From: Blastocatellia bacterium AA13
Lineage (GTDB): Bacteria; Acidobacteriota; Blastocatellia; UBA7656
Direction: 5' to 3'
Assembly (NCBI GenBank): GCA_003222245.1
Contig: QHVH01000004.1
Location: 67,441-131,440, forward strand
DNA: 64,000 nt
Shown here: in pieces, positions 36,294-46,325 of the stretch
How the letters are laid out: each line of letters starts with the position of its first letter
Numbering within the stretch: the first letter of the stretch is position 1
Made by a program: the position numbers and the translations under genes
Notes under the pieces: generated by a model
Seen by the model: only the letters and a program-made list of their open reading frames with translations
Databases searched by the model: none
What the model was told of the DNA's origin: nothing

Positions 36294-37834
36294 GTTCCGC
36301 CGCGATCGACACGAAGTCCGCGACTGATTCGGCCGCAACCGTCCGGAGTGAGCCCGTCACGCCGGACTCGCTGGCCCGAGTGTTCGTTCGCGGAGGAATG
36401 AGCCTTGGCGCGGCGTACTCGATAGAGAGGGGGACCACCTTTCTCGCCGGTCTGCTCGCGGCCCGCATAGCCGGGGCATCGGCGTTTGGCGCATACGCGC
36501 TGGCTCTATCAACCGCGTCGATGGTTGCTTCATATTCAGGCGCCGGAATTGGCTCGACTGCGAACCGGTTCTCGGGTCAGTTCCAACGATCGAGTCCGGG
36601 CTATCGCGGCTTTGTGAGAGCACTGGCGCTCATCAGCCTTGCTTCGGCCTCCTTAGCGACGTTGCTCCTCTTGGCGGGATCGGGTCCGCTGGCGGCGGTA
36701 CTCTTACACAACAGCGGTCTTGCCGGGCTTCTGAGAGGGGCCGCGTTCATGGGGGGCGCTGTAGTTTTGGCCGAATGCTGCAAGGGCTTTTTGATCGGAC
36801 AGAGACGCGTCGGCGCGCTTATTCTGTGGTCAATCGTCTCCGGCGCGGGTTTGCTCGTCGTGTTGCCGCTGACCGCGAGAATCAATCCCGCGGCGATGAT
36901 TACGGGCCAAACAGCGGTGCTGACAGGCGCGGTGGCCGCGGTGATCTTATTCAGAAGACGGCTTGGCCTTTCGCCGATTCGAGCTGACTCGAATGCGGTC
37001 GCCGGTCCGGCGATCAAGCCGGTGCTGATGTTCGGACTGGTTCAGTTGAGCGGGGTGGCGGGCATAAACATCGCGAGCTGGTGGATCGCCGCTCTGGTTG
37101 CCAGCTCCGACCCGGCGCTTCATCAGATGGGCTACTACTCGGCGGCGAATCAACTTAGAGCGCTGGCTTGCATAGCGCCGGGGCTGCTGGCCCAGGCGAC
37201 CTATCCTCTGTTGAGCCGCGAGAGCGGCGACGCCTATGGCGGACCTGATCGAGTGATGGCGCAGGGCGCGATTGTCTCCACAATAATGGCGACCTGCGCG
37301 GCGCTTGCAATAGTGCTCGTCCTGCCGTGGGCGGTCGCGGCCATGTATGGCGCGTCTTTTATATCGAGCGAACCGGTTGCGGGGCTGCTCCTTGGCGCCG
37401 CCGTCATTCATATGGGAGGCATACCGGCGGCGAACCGGCTCAGCATCGTAAGCCCGCGCGCGCTGGCTCTGGTTAATGGTTTATGGGCGTTGCTGCTGTG
37501 CGGGTTGGGGAGTCTGTTTGCCGTTCGCTGGGGCGCGTTGGGTGCATCGGCGGCCTTCCTGATCGCTCACGCGTGCTCGCAGTGCTTTGTGATGTTTTGC
37601 CTCAAGTTGAGAGGCGCCTTGCCGCGGTTGCTCCTGCTTTCGTTTTTTGGAGGACTGCTCGCCGCGATGATGATTGCCGGTTTGGCGATGGCCCGAGTTT
37701 GGAACGTCGGGATTTCGCCCGGGGCGGCCTGTTTCACAACGGCGGGATGCCTGACCATCGTTGCAATTCTGTTCCGCGGCTTGAGGGCGGGCGCGGTGAA
37801 CAAACCTGGCGCGGCGAACACCGCGGATGAGTGA
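36290..37834 (+). CDS. wzx: Oligosaccharide flippase (Wzx/MATE-like)
   Basis: About 12-14 hydrophobic segments, LAARIAGASAFGAY, MGYYSAANQL, WGALGASAA. Confidence 0.8.
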   Translation: MSSAAIDTKSATDSAATVRSEPVTPDSLARVFVRGGMSLGAAYSIERGTTFLAGLLAARIAGASAFGAYALALSTASMVASYSGAGIGSTANRFSGQFQRSSPGYRGFVRALALISLASASLATLLLLAGSGPLAAVLLHNSGLAGLLRGAAFMGGAVVLAECCKGFLIGQRRVGALILWSIVSGAGLLVVLPLTARINPAAMITGQTAVLTGAVAAVILFRRRLGLSPIRADSNAVAGPAIKPVLMFGLVQLSGVAGINIASWWIAALVASSDPALHQMGYYSAANQLRALACIAPGLLAQATYPLLSRESGDAYGGPDRVMAQGAIVSTIMATCAALAIVLVLPWAVAAMYGASFISSEPVAGLLLGAAVIHMGGIPAANRLSIVSPRALALVNGLWALLLCGLGSLFAVRWGALGASAAFLIAHACSQCFVMFCLKLRGALPRLLLLSFFGGLLAAMMIAGLAMARVWNVGISPGAACFTTAGCLTIVAILFRGLRAGAVNKPGAANTADE

Positions 37835-37861
37835 TGCCGAAAGGCGCGAAGACGGCGGGGC

Positions 37862-39034
37862 TTGCAACAAAAAGCGCCGCCGGGCAGCCGCCCTGCTTCA
37901 GAAAAAATCATGCTACACGTCCTGGATGTGCGCGCCATATGGCTGAAGGAATTCGCTTCGGCGCTGGCCCGGATCACGCCGACCCTCGGATGGATTCCCG
38001 AAATCAGCGCGGTGGGCGCGCTGCACTCCCGAGAACGCAGCGATTCGCTTGCGGACCCGAAGCTCAACATTCGGAGGTTCCCGCTTCAACGCGGATTCGC
38101 GCGCGCGCCTGTGAGCGCGGCGTTGCGGCCCGCTTCAAAGATAAATCGACGTCTTGCGGCGCAATCCCAGGAACCGTCCAGGGCGGTGCTCGTTTGCAGC
38201 TCGCCGCATTACGCGGATGTGGCAAGGGAGTGGCCGGGACCATCCGTCTACTACGTGACCGATCTGTTTGCTGCTTATGGCGAGAAGCCGGCCCGCATCG
38301 AAGCGCTCGATCGCCGCATGTGCGCCGCCGCCGATCTTGTTTGTCCGAACTCAAAGCGAATAGCCGAGTATCTGATTTCGATAGGTTGTTCAGAAACCAA
38401 AATAGTGGTCATCCCCAACGCCACCCGCGCTGAGAACGTTTCTGATAGCCCGATCCTGAGCCCCGATCCTCTGCCTGAAGGAGCAGCCGATCTGCCAAGG
38501 CCGGTTGCGGGCGTGATCGGGAACCTCGCCGAGAACATCGACTGGGTTCTGATGTCGGAGGTCATCGGGCGCACCCCGTGGTTGTCGTGGCTCTTTGTTG
38601 GGCCAACCGATATGCGGATCGCCGACCGAACTCAGAGACAGGCGCGGCTCGCGGTGATGCAGTCGGGCAGAGCGCGATTCACTGGCTACCGGCCGTACGG
38701 CAGCCTCCGTGATTACGCAAGAGCGGTTGACGTTGCCGTGCTGCCCTATCGAAAGCGTGAGCCGACCTATTCAGGCAGCTCGACCCGGTTTTACGAACAC
38801 CTCGCCGCCTGCAGGCCCATCGTGTCGACACGCGGCTTTGAAGAGTTGTTGAGCAAGGAACCGCTGCTTCGGCTTGTTGACGGTACGGCTGAAATGGTGG
38901 ACTCGCTCGAACACCTTCGAGAGAGCGGCTTCAAAGACGGGCTCGAACAGCGCCGTTGCGATCAGAGCCGCGGCGAGACATGGGAAGCGCGCGCCAGAGT
39001 AATGTTGGATCAAATCGGCAAGCTCAGCCTGTAG
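37862..39034 (+). CDS. Glycosyltransferase (GT-B, TuaH-like); start uncertain (TTG 37862 or ATG 37910)
   Basis: PVAGVIGNLAENIDW, WLFVGP, VDVAVLPY, RFYEHLAACRPIVST. Confidence 0.82.
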   Translation: MQQKAPPGSRPASEKIMLHVLDVRAIWLKEFASALARITPTLGWIPEISAVGALHSRERSDSLADPKLNIRRFPLQRGFARAPVSAALRPASKINRRLAAQSQEPSRAVLVCSSPHYADVAREWPGPSVYYVTDLFAAYGEKPARIEALDRRMCAAADLVCPNSKRIAEYLISIGCSETKIVVIPNATRAENVSDSPILSPDPLPEGAADLPRPVAGVIGNLAENIDWVLMSEVIGRTPWLSWLFVGPTDMRIADRTQRQARLAVMQSGRARFTGYRPYGSLRDYARAVDVAVLPYRKREPTYSGSSTRFYEHLAACRPIVSTRGFEELLSKEPLLRLVDGTAEMVDSLEHLRESGFKDGLEQRRCDQSRGETWEARARVMLDQIGKLSL

Positions 39035-39040
39035 CACGAT

Positions 39041-40267
39041 ATGTCGATCACGACTGATTCGAGAACGATGCATTCGCCGCTCGAGGCCGCGGCCGTTTCA
39101 ACCGCGGGCGCAAGGATTCGAGTTGCGATAGCGCTCTATCGCGACAACGCGATTGCGGGAGGATCGCTTCGCGTCGGAGAGACTCTCGCGAATTATCTCG
39201 AGGAAGCGAACGTTGAAGCCCATCTGATTTTCGCGTACGGCGGGCCCGGACCCGTGACCAGCCGCGCGCGCGCCGCATGCCACTTCCTGAATGCGGACGG
39301 GCGGTTTGACGCAGGGGCATGGCTTCGCGCCCGCGGCCTTATGAGAAAGCTGCAGCCGGACATCGTTCATTTTATGGAGCCGGTCGCGTGGCTGCGGGGC
39401 GCGTTGACGGGTACGGAGCCGATGAAGTTACTGCATCTGCACGGGCGCTTCAAACCTTCGTACATGAGCCGGCGCGGCAAGCTTCTTACACGCTCGATGT
39501 TATCGGCCTTCGACGCGCTGGTCTTCATATCCAACGAAGCGAGGCTCGATACGCAACGATTGGGGTGGGGCGAAGCGGCGGCTATGCATACCGTCTACAA
39601 TGCAATCGACTGCAGCCTCTTTGATGATCTGCCCTCGAAGCGCGCGGCGCGGGAGAGGCTTCGCTTGCCGCAGGACGCAAGAATAGCCGGAATGACTTGC
39701 AGGCTGGTACGACACAGGGGTTGCGACGACGCGATTCGAATCCTGGAGCGTCTTGATCGGAGCTGGCATCTCGCGCTGGTTGGCGACGGCCCATACCGGG
39801 CCGAGTTGGAGCGCTTGGCCGGCGCGGTACGGCTTCAGAATAGAGTCCACTTCACCGGTTTGATGGATGATGTGAGGCCTGCTCTTGCGGCCTTCGATGC
39901 GGCCCTTTTTCTTGCGCGGTACGAACCGTTCGGGCTCGCCATCTGCGAGGCGATGGCGGCGGGCGTTCCAGTGTTCGCGCTGTCGGGCGAGAACGAGTTC
40001 GCGGAGGCCGAATACCCGTTGATCACGGATGACAACGCCGTTTGCGTCCCGCGAAACAGACCGCACGAATTTGAAGAGCGTGAGAGCTCGGAGACACTGG
40101 ATCTGATAGCCGGGAGAATCCGGGACTACGGCGAGAATCCAGCCCGGCATCAGCGCATGGTCACCGAGGCGTATGAGTGGGTTCGCGAGAGGTTCGACGC
40201 GCCGGTTCTGGCCGCTTCGATGGCCGGGCTTTATAGAAGCCTCTTGCACGAAGGGGCGCGGGCGTGA
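39041..40267 (+). CDS. Glycosyltransferase family 4
   Basis: LVGDGPYRAELE, YEPFGLAICEAMAAGVPV. Confidence 0.9.
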   Translation: MSITTDSRTMHSPLEAAAVSTAGARIRVAIALYRDNAIAGGSLRVGETLANYLEEANVEAHLIFAYGGPGPVTSRARAACHFLNADGRFDAGAWLRARGLMRKLQPDIVHFMEPVAWLRGALTGTEPMKLLHLHGRFKPSYMSRRGKLLTRSMLSAFDALVFISNEARLDTQRLGWGEAAAMHTVYNAIDCSLFDDLPSKRAARERLRLPQDARIAGMTCRLVRHRGCDDAIRILERLDRSWHLALVGDGPYRAELERLAGAVRLQNRVHFTGLMDDVRPALAAFDAALFLARYEPFGLAICEAMAAGVPVFALSGENEFAEAEYPLITDDNAVCVPRNRPHEFEERESSETLDLIAGRIRDYGENPARHQRMVTEAYEWVRERFDAPVLAASMAGLYRSLLHEGARA

Positions 40268-41169
40268 GCAACGCCAGCTCTCAGATCTCCTGGACAACTT
40301 CGTCCCCAGTACCGGCCCTGTTGCGGGGCCTGGCGAAGCTCGGAATGAGGCGGGGTCTGTCGCGCCTTGCAAGCGGTATCGGGGGCCGGATTCGGGTTCG
40401 CTGCGGGACGGTGACTTTGCAGCTTGATCTGGCTTCGGCGCAGGAGCGGCATCTCTTTCTTGGTCTCAGCGAGCGCGAGGTGATCGCACTAACTCGAACG
40501 TTCCTCCGGGCCGGAGATACGGCGGTGGACATCGGAAGCAACATCGGATTTCATACGGCGGTGATGGCGAATCTGGCGGGCGCGTCGGGCCGCGTCTATT
40601 CCTTCGAGCCCAATCCCGATTTGCGCACCCGGCTGGACTACATCGTCGATCACAATCCGCTGAAGAACATCGAAGTCATACAGGCGGCGGTGAGCGACAC
40701 CGGCGGCGAGGCGCTTCTACAAGTCTCCTCGCTCAGCGGGCTATCGAGCCTCCTCACCAACTGGAATCCCGAAACGACGATTCGAAGCGAGCGGGTTCCG
40801 GCCGTGACGCTGGATGGATTTCTTGAGGTGCGCGGCGTGGACTCGATTGCGGTGGTCAAGATCGATGTGGAAGGTCACGAAGCCGCTGTTTTCAAGGGTG
40901 CACGGAGCACGCTGGAACGGCGGGCGGTCAAGGTTTTCGTTTTTGAGCTAACGCCGCCGAGCCACCCCGCTTATTCGCGCCGGCGCACCGATGAAATGCT
41001 GGCAAGTCTCGAATCATGCGGGTATTCGCTGGTGAACTTGGCCCAGAACAAGGGACGGCGCAAAGCGCGGAACAGGGCCATCGATCGCCGCTCCATCCTG
41101 GATGAACCGGAGCGTCTCGCTCCCGGATATAACATCGCGGCCATAAGGGGCGGCGATCACGAAAGATAA
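40264..41169 (+). CDS. FkbM family methyltransferase 3
   Basis: VDIGSNIGFH, YSFEPNP, VKIDVEGHE. Confidence 0.9.
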   Translation: MSNASSQISWTTSSPVPALLRGLAKLGMRRGLSRLASGIGGRIRVRCGTVTLQLDLASAQERHLFLGLSEREVIALTRTFLRAGDTAVDIGSNIGFHTAVMANLAGASGRVYSFEPNPDLRTRLDYIVDHNPLKNIEVIQAAVSDTGGEALLQVSSLSGLSSLLTNWNPETTIRSERVPAVTLDGFLEVRGVDSIAVVKIDVEGHEAAVFKGARSTLERRAVKVFVFELTPPSHPAYSRRRTDEMLASLESCGYSLVNLAQNKGRRKARNRAIDRRSILDEPERLAPGYNIAAIRGGDHER

Positions 41170-41175
41170 CGTGAG

Positions 41176-42342
41176 ATGACTGAGCCGGTCAGGACCGCGC
41201 ACGTAATCGGCGCGCTCAATTATGGCGGTGTCGAGACCTGCGCCTTGAACCTGCTGAGGGAGCTTCCGCGTTCCCTCATCGAGTCGCGGGTCTACTTCAC
41301 CGGGGAAGCTCTCACCGACCGCGCCCAGGAATTCGCGCGGGCCGCCGCCGGATTCAAGCACGTTCCTTTCATAACGCCGCATCGCGTGAGGTTCATAAGG
41401 CGGCTGGCGGAGTCGTTCAGGGCGGACAGGATTGAGGCGGTCCTTTGCTACAGCTTCGGGAATCACGCGTGGGTGTCGATGGCGGCGGCGATCGCGCGAG
41501 TATCGCGCTGCTACGTTCGCGTGGGAGGGTCGCCGTTGCGCGGCGCGATGACCCGGTTGAAGTGCATCGTGCTCAGTCATCTTGCGCGCCCGTTCTGCGG
41601 CGGCGAGATCGCTCAGTCTTATCAGATCCGGCAGGAACTGGTCGCCGGGCTTGGCTTGCCCGCGCGCCGCGTTTGCGTAATCGAGAATTTCGTCGATGTC
41701 TTTGAAGTGGCTCGCAGAGCCGCTATCGGCCGGGCCATGCGTCTCGATGCGGCCGGCGTCATCATTATGGCGGCTCGCATGGATGACGCCAAGGATCACG
41801 CGACGATGATCAAGGCGTTCGCGGAACTCATTCGCGAGGGGCTTGCTCTTCGGCTCAGGCTGGCGGGCGACGGTCCTGCGCGGGCCGCTCACGAAGCTCT
41901 GTGCCGCGCGGAAGGAGTGGAGTCATTCGTTGAATTTCTCGGCGCCAGAAGCGACGTTCCGGAGCTGCTCGGGGCCAGCGACGTAGCCGTATTGTCCACT
42001 CACACCGAAGGCTTCGGACTGGCGATGGCGGAAGCCATGAGCGCCGGAGTGCCGATTGTCGCGACTTCGCTCGCCGTCACCCGGGAGGTTCTTGACGAAG
42101 GATTCAGCGGCTTGCTCGTGCCTCCTCGTGATCCCCATTCGCTGGCTGACGCGATAAAGCGGTTGCTGGCGGACCCGGCGCTGCGAGAGAGGCTTGTGTC
42201 AAGCGCGTTCGAAAAAGCCGCCCGCCGGTATGACATCGGCAGGGCGATTCAGGAATATAGCCTGTTGCTTGCGGGAACCCGCGCTCATCTATTTGCCGGA
42301 CAGTCGGGCAGCGTCTTGAGCCGTTCGGTCAGAGTCCAGTGA
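41176..42342 (+). CDS. Glycosyltransferase family 4
   Basis: LNYGGVE, ARMDDAKDHATMIKAF, TEGFGLAMAEAMSAGVPIV. Confidence 0.9.
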   Translation: MTEPVRTAHVIGALNYGGVETCALNLLRELPRSLIESRVYFTGEALTDRAQEFARAAAGFKHVPFITPHRVRFIRRLAESFRADRIEAVLCYSFGNHAWVSMAAAIARVSRCYVRVGGSPLRGAMTRLKCIVLSHLARPFCGGEIAQSYQIRQELVAGLGLPARRVCVIENFVDVFEVARRAAIGRAMRLDAAGVIIMAARMDDAKDHATMIKAFAELIREGLALRLRLAGDGPARAAHEALCRAEGVESFVEFLGARSDVPELLGASDVAVLSTHTEGFGLAMAEAMSAGVPIVATSLAVTREVLDEGFSGLLVPPRDPHSLADAIKRLLADPALRERLVSSAFEKAARRYDIGRAIQEYSLLLAGTRAHLFAGQSGSVLSRSVRVQ

Positions 42343-43913
42343 ACTCGCATATGAACAAATCCGGCTTCAATGATTGGGAGTCCCCGGCCGCGGGCGAGTT
42401 GGTGTTTCCTCCAATCGCGAGAATCGTCGCCGTCTGTCTTGCGGCCGTGATAGTGCTCGCTTTGATCAAGCCTCTGATTTTGGGAAGCGGGATGCCGCGG
42501 CTGCTTCCGCTCTTTGCCTCGATCGTGTCCGTCGTCTCTCTCGGCGCGGCAGGCATAAAACGGGATGCTTCAGCGTCGCTCATGCGCGTGGGATTTCACG
42601 CGGGGCTTTTCGCATTCTTCCTGTCTTTCCCGGTCATCTCGCCCGATGACCTTGATCCGAACATACCGGACGACGTTCATTGGGCTACGGGTTGGGTTCT
42701 GCTGCTGACGCTGGCCGGATTCGAGGTTGCGTATTCGCTGCGAATGCGAACGCGCCGGAAACCGAATCAGAAGCCGATGTGGGTCGTTATAAGACCGTAC
42801 GATCAAAGATGGCTGTGCAGCGCGATGTGCATAGGACTCCTGGCGTGGGCCATAACGGTATGGGATTACGCGCGCTCGGCGAACGCATCGCTGAGCCAGG
42901 TAATACTAACAATGCGCGGACCGATTGAAGGCGCGACAGTCGAACCGGTGACCAGTCTTGGCGCGTTTGGTTATCTCTTCGGGATGGGGATCAGCGCGGC
43001 GGGCGTGGCGGCGTCGATTCTGGTCACGGCTTTCGGTGCGCGCATCTCGAAGAGCCTCAAGGCCGCAAGCTGGTCTGTGATTCTGACGTGCGCGGCCATC
43101 GGATTCTTGAGGGGCTCGCGAGCGGTGTTTCTTTATTCATTTGTACCGCTGGCCGCGACCTGCTGGACATTGTTTCAGCAGCGGCGAACCAACCGTTCGA
43201 TCCGCTGGCTCTGGTTCGGCGCCGCGACCGGGCTCGTTATTGTAGCGTGGAGTGCTATCGCGGCGATGCGCGGCGCCGATATTCGCGCCTACGAGGGCGG
43301 GTGGGAGCACATATCACCCGTGATTCAGGCGCGAGGCGCGTTCGACATCTATTCGGCTCTGGCGGTGATAGTGAAGGCGTTTCCCGAGCAGATCGAATTC
43401 GAGCATGGATACTCGCTTGTGCCGCTCGCGCTCGGCTGGGTTCCGCGGACGGTGTGGCCGGAGAAGCCCTACCCGTTCAGCCTGTATGCCAGCCTCATAA
43501 ACGGAGAGACCCTCGAAGTAAGAAAGGCGAGCATCGCGGTCGGTTTGCCCGGTGAAGGCTACGGGAACTTTGGATTGGCGGGCGCGCTTGTGTGGGGCGC
43601 GTTGATGGGACTTGCGTGCAGGAAGGGCGACGACTACATAAACGGGCTTCGGCACGGCCACCCTCTCTGTCTGCACCTGGCCGGCTTCGCGGGAATATGG
43701 GCGGCCATGATCGTCAGGGGCGGAGTGCCGGAGATGTTCTATATGGGTCTGAACGTCATCGCGATTCCGGTGTTGATGTCCCTCTATCTCGCGCGGCGCG
43801 GCAGAGCGCGGTATGGCCGCTCCGCCGCCGGCTTCGTTGAACCGGCAAGAACCCGAATACCTGTGCCTGAGACACCCGTGCCGGAGACATGTGCCCGTGC
43901 CGGAGACATGTAA
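42339..43913 (+). CDS. wzy: Probable oligosaccharide repeat-unit polymerase (Wzy)
   Basis: About 11-12 TMs, GSRA motif, loop WVPRTVWPEKP, GEGYGNFGLAG; embedded among glycosyltransferases. Confidence 0.7.
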   Translation: MNSHMNKSGFNDWESPAAGELVFPPIARIVAVCLAAVIVLALIKPLILGSGMPRLLPLFASIVSVVSLGAAGIKRDASASLMRVGFHAGLFAFFLSFPVISPDDLDPNIPDDVHWATGWVLLLTLAGFEVAYSLRMRTRRKPNQKPMWVVIRPYDQRWLCSAMCIGLLAWAITVWDYARSANASLSQVILTMRGPIEGATVEPVTSLGAFGYLFGMGISAAGVAASILVTAFGARISKSLKAASWSVILTCAAIGFLRGSRAVFLYSFVPLAATCWTLFQQRRTNRSIRWLWFGAATGLVIVAWSAIAAMRGADIRAYEGGWEHISPVIQARGAFDIYSALAVIVKAFPEQIEFEHGYSLVPLALGWVPRTVWPEKPYPFSLYASLINGETLEVRKASIAVGLPGEGYGNFGLAGALVWGALMGLACRKGDDYINGLRHGHPLCLHLAGFAGIWAAMIVRGGVPEMFYMGLNVIAIPVLMSLYLARRGRARYGRSAAGFVEPARTRIPVPETPVPETCARAGDM

Positions 43914-45092
43914 ATGAACGCGGCGGTCATCTATGAAAAGCTCGCGCCCTTTCACGTAGCGCGATTGGAGCAGGCGGGGCGGCTGTGGAAAGCGCGAGGA
44001 TCAACCCTGGCCTGCATCGAGATCGCGGGCGAGCAATCAAGCTACCGCTGGCCCTCGATTCCAAGGAGTTCCGGTGAGTTCACGCTGCTAACGCTGTTCC
44101 CCAAACGCGAGAGCGGTGAACTGGCGGCGGGCGAGGTTCGTCAGGCGATCAAACAGGCGCTCGAAGATCTGGACGCGGATGTGATCGTGATCAACGGCTG
44201 GGCGTCCAGCGCATCAAGGGCGGCGCTCGCGTGGTGTTGCGGGCGCGGCACGCCTCGCGTCGTCATCTCCGACAGCCAGTACATAGACCGGCCTCGCCGC
44301 TTCTGGAAAGAATCGCTCAAGCGCTTCTTCGTCAAGCAGTGCCACGCGGGCTTTGCGGGCGGCAGCCCTCACGTTCGCTACCTTCAATCGCTCGGGCTGC
44401 CGGCAGGCTCATGCGTGGTTGGTTGCGACGTTATCGACAACAGCTTCTTCGGCGCCGCCCTTCGAAGAAAACTCGAAAATGGCGCCGGAAACACGCCGGA
44501 GGTAATGAACCTTTTGAGCTGCGTGCGGCTTCTCGAAATCAAGAACATCCCTTTCGTGCTTCGGACGCTGAAGAGGTTGACGATCCCATGGAAATGGACC
44601 ATCGCGGGAGACGGCCCCGAGCGCGAGCGGATTTCACGGCTCCTTGACGCGCCCTCGCTGCGCGAGCGCGTCGTGATGATCGGACGCGTCGACTATGACG
44701 GGATTCCGCCGGTGTATGAAGCCGGCGGGGTCTATCTTCAGCCGAGCGTTTCGGAACCGTGGGGACTTGCGGTGAATGAGGCGATGGCGTCAGGGCTGCC
44801 GGTGCTGGTTTCCAAGCGCTGCGGATGCCGCGAAGACCTGATCACCGAAGGCTTGAACGGCTATGTATTCGATCCGACGAATTCCGACGATCTCGCGCGC
44901 GTTCTGAACCTGATGTGGGCCCGCCGGAGTGACTGGCGCGAAATGGGGCTTCAATCAAGCATGCTGATTCGATTCTGGTCGCTCGATCTGTTCAGCCGAA
45001 GCCTGTGGCGCGCTTGCGAGATCGCGATTCAACGGGCCGCCGAAAGCGAGGGGCGGCGCACCGGACTCGATCTGCTGTGGCGGCTCGTGTGA
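43914..45092 (+). CDS. Glycosyltransferase family 4
   Basis: APFHVARL, IAGDGPER, SEPWGLAVNEAMASGLPV. Confidence 0.9.
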   Translation: MNAAVIYEKLAPFHVARLEQAGRLWKARGSTLACIEIAGEQSSYRWPSIPRSSGEFTLLTLFPKRESGELAAGEVRQAIKQALEDLDADVIVINGWASSASRAALAWCCGRGTPRVVISDSQYIDRPRRFWKESLKRFFVKQCHAGFAGGSPHVRYLQSLGLPAGSCVVGCDVIDNSFFGAALRRKLENGAGNTPEVMNLLSCVRLLEIKNIPFVLRTLKRLTIPWKWTIAGDGPERERISRLLDAPSLRERVVMIGRVDYDGIPPVYEAGGVYLQPSVSEPWGLAVNEAMASGLPVLVSKRCGCREDLITEGLNGYVFDPTNSDDLARVLNLMWARRSDWREMGLQSSMLIRFWSLDLFSRSLWRACEIAIQRAAESEGRRTGLDLLWRLV

Positions 45093-45115
45093 GTCTCGTG
45101 AGTCTCGTGTGAATA

Positions 45116-46312
45116 ATGAGAGTGCTTCACGTTGTCCCCAGCCTCAACTCCGAATCCGGCGGGCCGGCCAGATCAGTGCCCGGGCTTTGCCGCGCGCTTG
45201 CCCGAGCCGGGGCCGACGTCACACTGTATGCCGCTCATTCAAACAGCGGCGCACTGACAATCGAGCCTGCCGGCGAGCCCTTTCGATGGCGTCTGTTTGG
45301 ATCGCTCGCGGGCAGGCTGGGCGCGGCCGCGAGGATTCGGGATGCCATTCACCGGCGCGCGTACGAGTTCGACATCATTCACATTCACAGCTTGTGGAAT
45401 CCGGTCGCGACGCTGGCTGCGATGGCCGCGCGGGAAAAGTCCATCCCCTATGTTCTGTCGCCGAGAGGTATGTTGAGCCGCCACAGCCTGAGAATATCTT
45501 CCATCAAAAAGCGGGTGTACGGCGCGCTGTTTGAACGGAGCACGGTCGAAGCCGCTGCCGCAATCCATTTCTTGAACGAGCGCGAGCGCGCCGAGTCAGG
45601 TTCGCGCGGGTTTCGCCTGCCGGAAAGCTTTGTCGCGCCCAACGGCGTTCCCGCGGGTCTTGAGGCAATGGACGGCGAACGCTTCCTGGCGAGATTCCCG
45701 GAGCTTCGCGGACGAAGGCGCCTGCTGTTTCTTGGCAGGCTTCACCGCATCAAGGGACTGGAACTGCAGATCGAAGCGCTCAGCAAGCTGGCGCGGCCGC
45801 ATCCGGATCTGGTTTGGATTGCCATTGGTCCCGATGGCGGCGACCTGAAGCGGCTTCAACGCCTGGCCGTAAGCAAGCGGGTCGATGCGAATGTCAAGTG
45901 GCTTGGCGCAATCGACGGCGATTTGAGATATGCGGCGATTGCCGCCGGGGACGTTGTGCTCCAGACCTCCGAATACGAGTGTCACTCGATGGCGGTCAAT
46001 GAAGCGCTTGCGGTTGGCGCCCCTCTGGTTGTGGCCCGCGCGGCGGGCGCCGATTGCGTCGAACAAAGCGGCGCGGGTTTCGCGGTCCCGCCCGATGCGG
46101 ATGCTATCGCGAGGGCCGTTGAAGAGATACTCAACTCTCCAGGCCTTGCAGCCGGAATGCGATTGAACGGCCGCCGCTTCGCGAGAGAGGAACTGAGCTG
46201 GGACGCGATAGGCCAATCGGTTCTGTCTCGATACGAAGAACTCATTCACGTTGCAGTTCCGGCTTTGCCGGAACACCGCGCCCCAGGCGCATCAGTCGCG
46301 CGCGTTTTTTGA
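45116..46312 (+). CDS. Glycosyltransferase family 4
   Basis: MRVLHVVPSL...GGP, FLGRLHRIKGL, YECHSMAVNEALAVGAP. Confidence 0.9.
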   Translation: MRVLHVVPSLNSESGGPARSVPGLCRALARAGADVTLYAAHSNSGALTIEPAGEPFRWRLFGSLAGRLGAAARIRDAIHRRAYEFDIIHIHSLWNPVATLAAMAAREKSIPYVLSPRGMLSRHSLRISSIKKRVYGALFERSTVEAAAAIHFLNERERAESGSRGFRLPESFVAPNGVPAGLEAMDGERFLARFPELRGRRRLLFLGRLHRIKGLELQIEALSKLARPHPDLVWIAIGPDGGDLKRLQRLAVSKRVDANVKWLGAIDGDLRYAAIAAGDVVLQTSEYECHSMAVNEALAVGAPLVVARAAGADCVEQSGAGFAVPPDADAIARAVEEILNSPGLAAGMRLNGRRFAREELSWDAIGQSVLSRYEELIHVAVPALPEHRAPGASVARVF

Positions 46313-46325
46313 GGGACAACAGGCA

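Noticed and set aside
45083-45112. Short CTCGTG(TG)AGT triplication between two GT genes
   Set aside because: Tiny local slippage duplication with no evident function.
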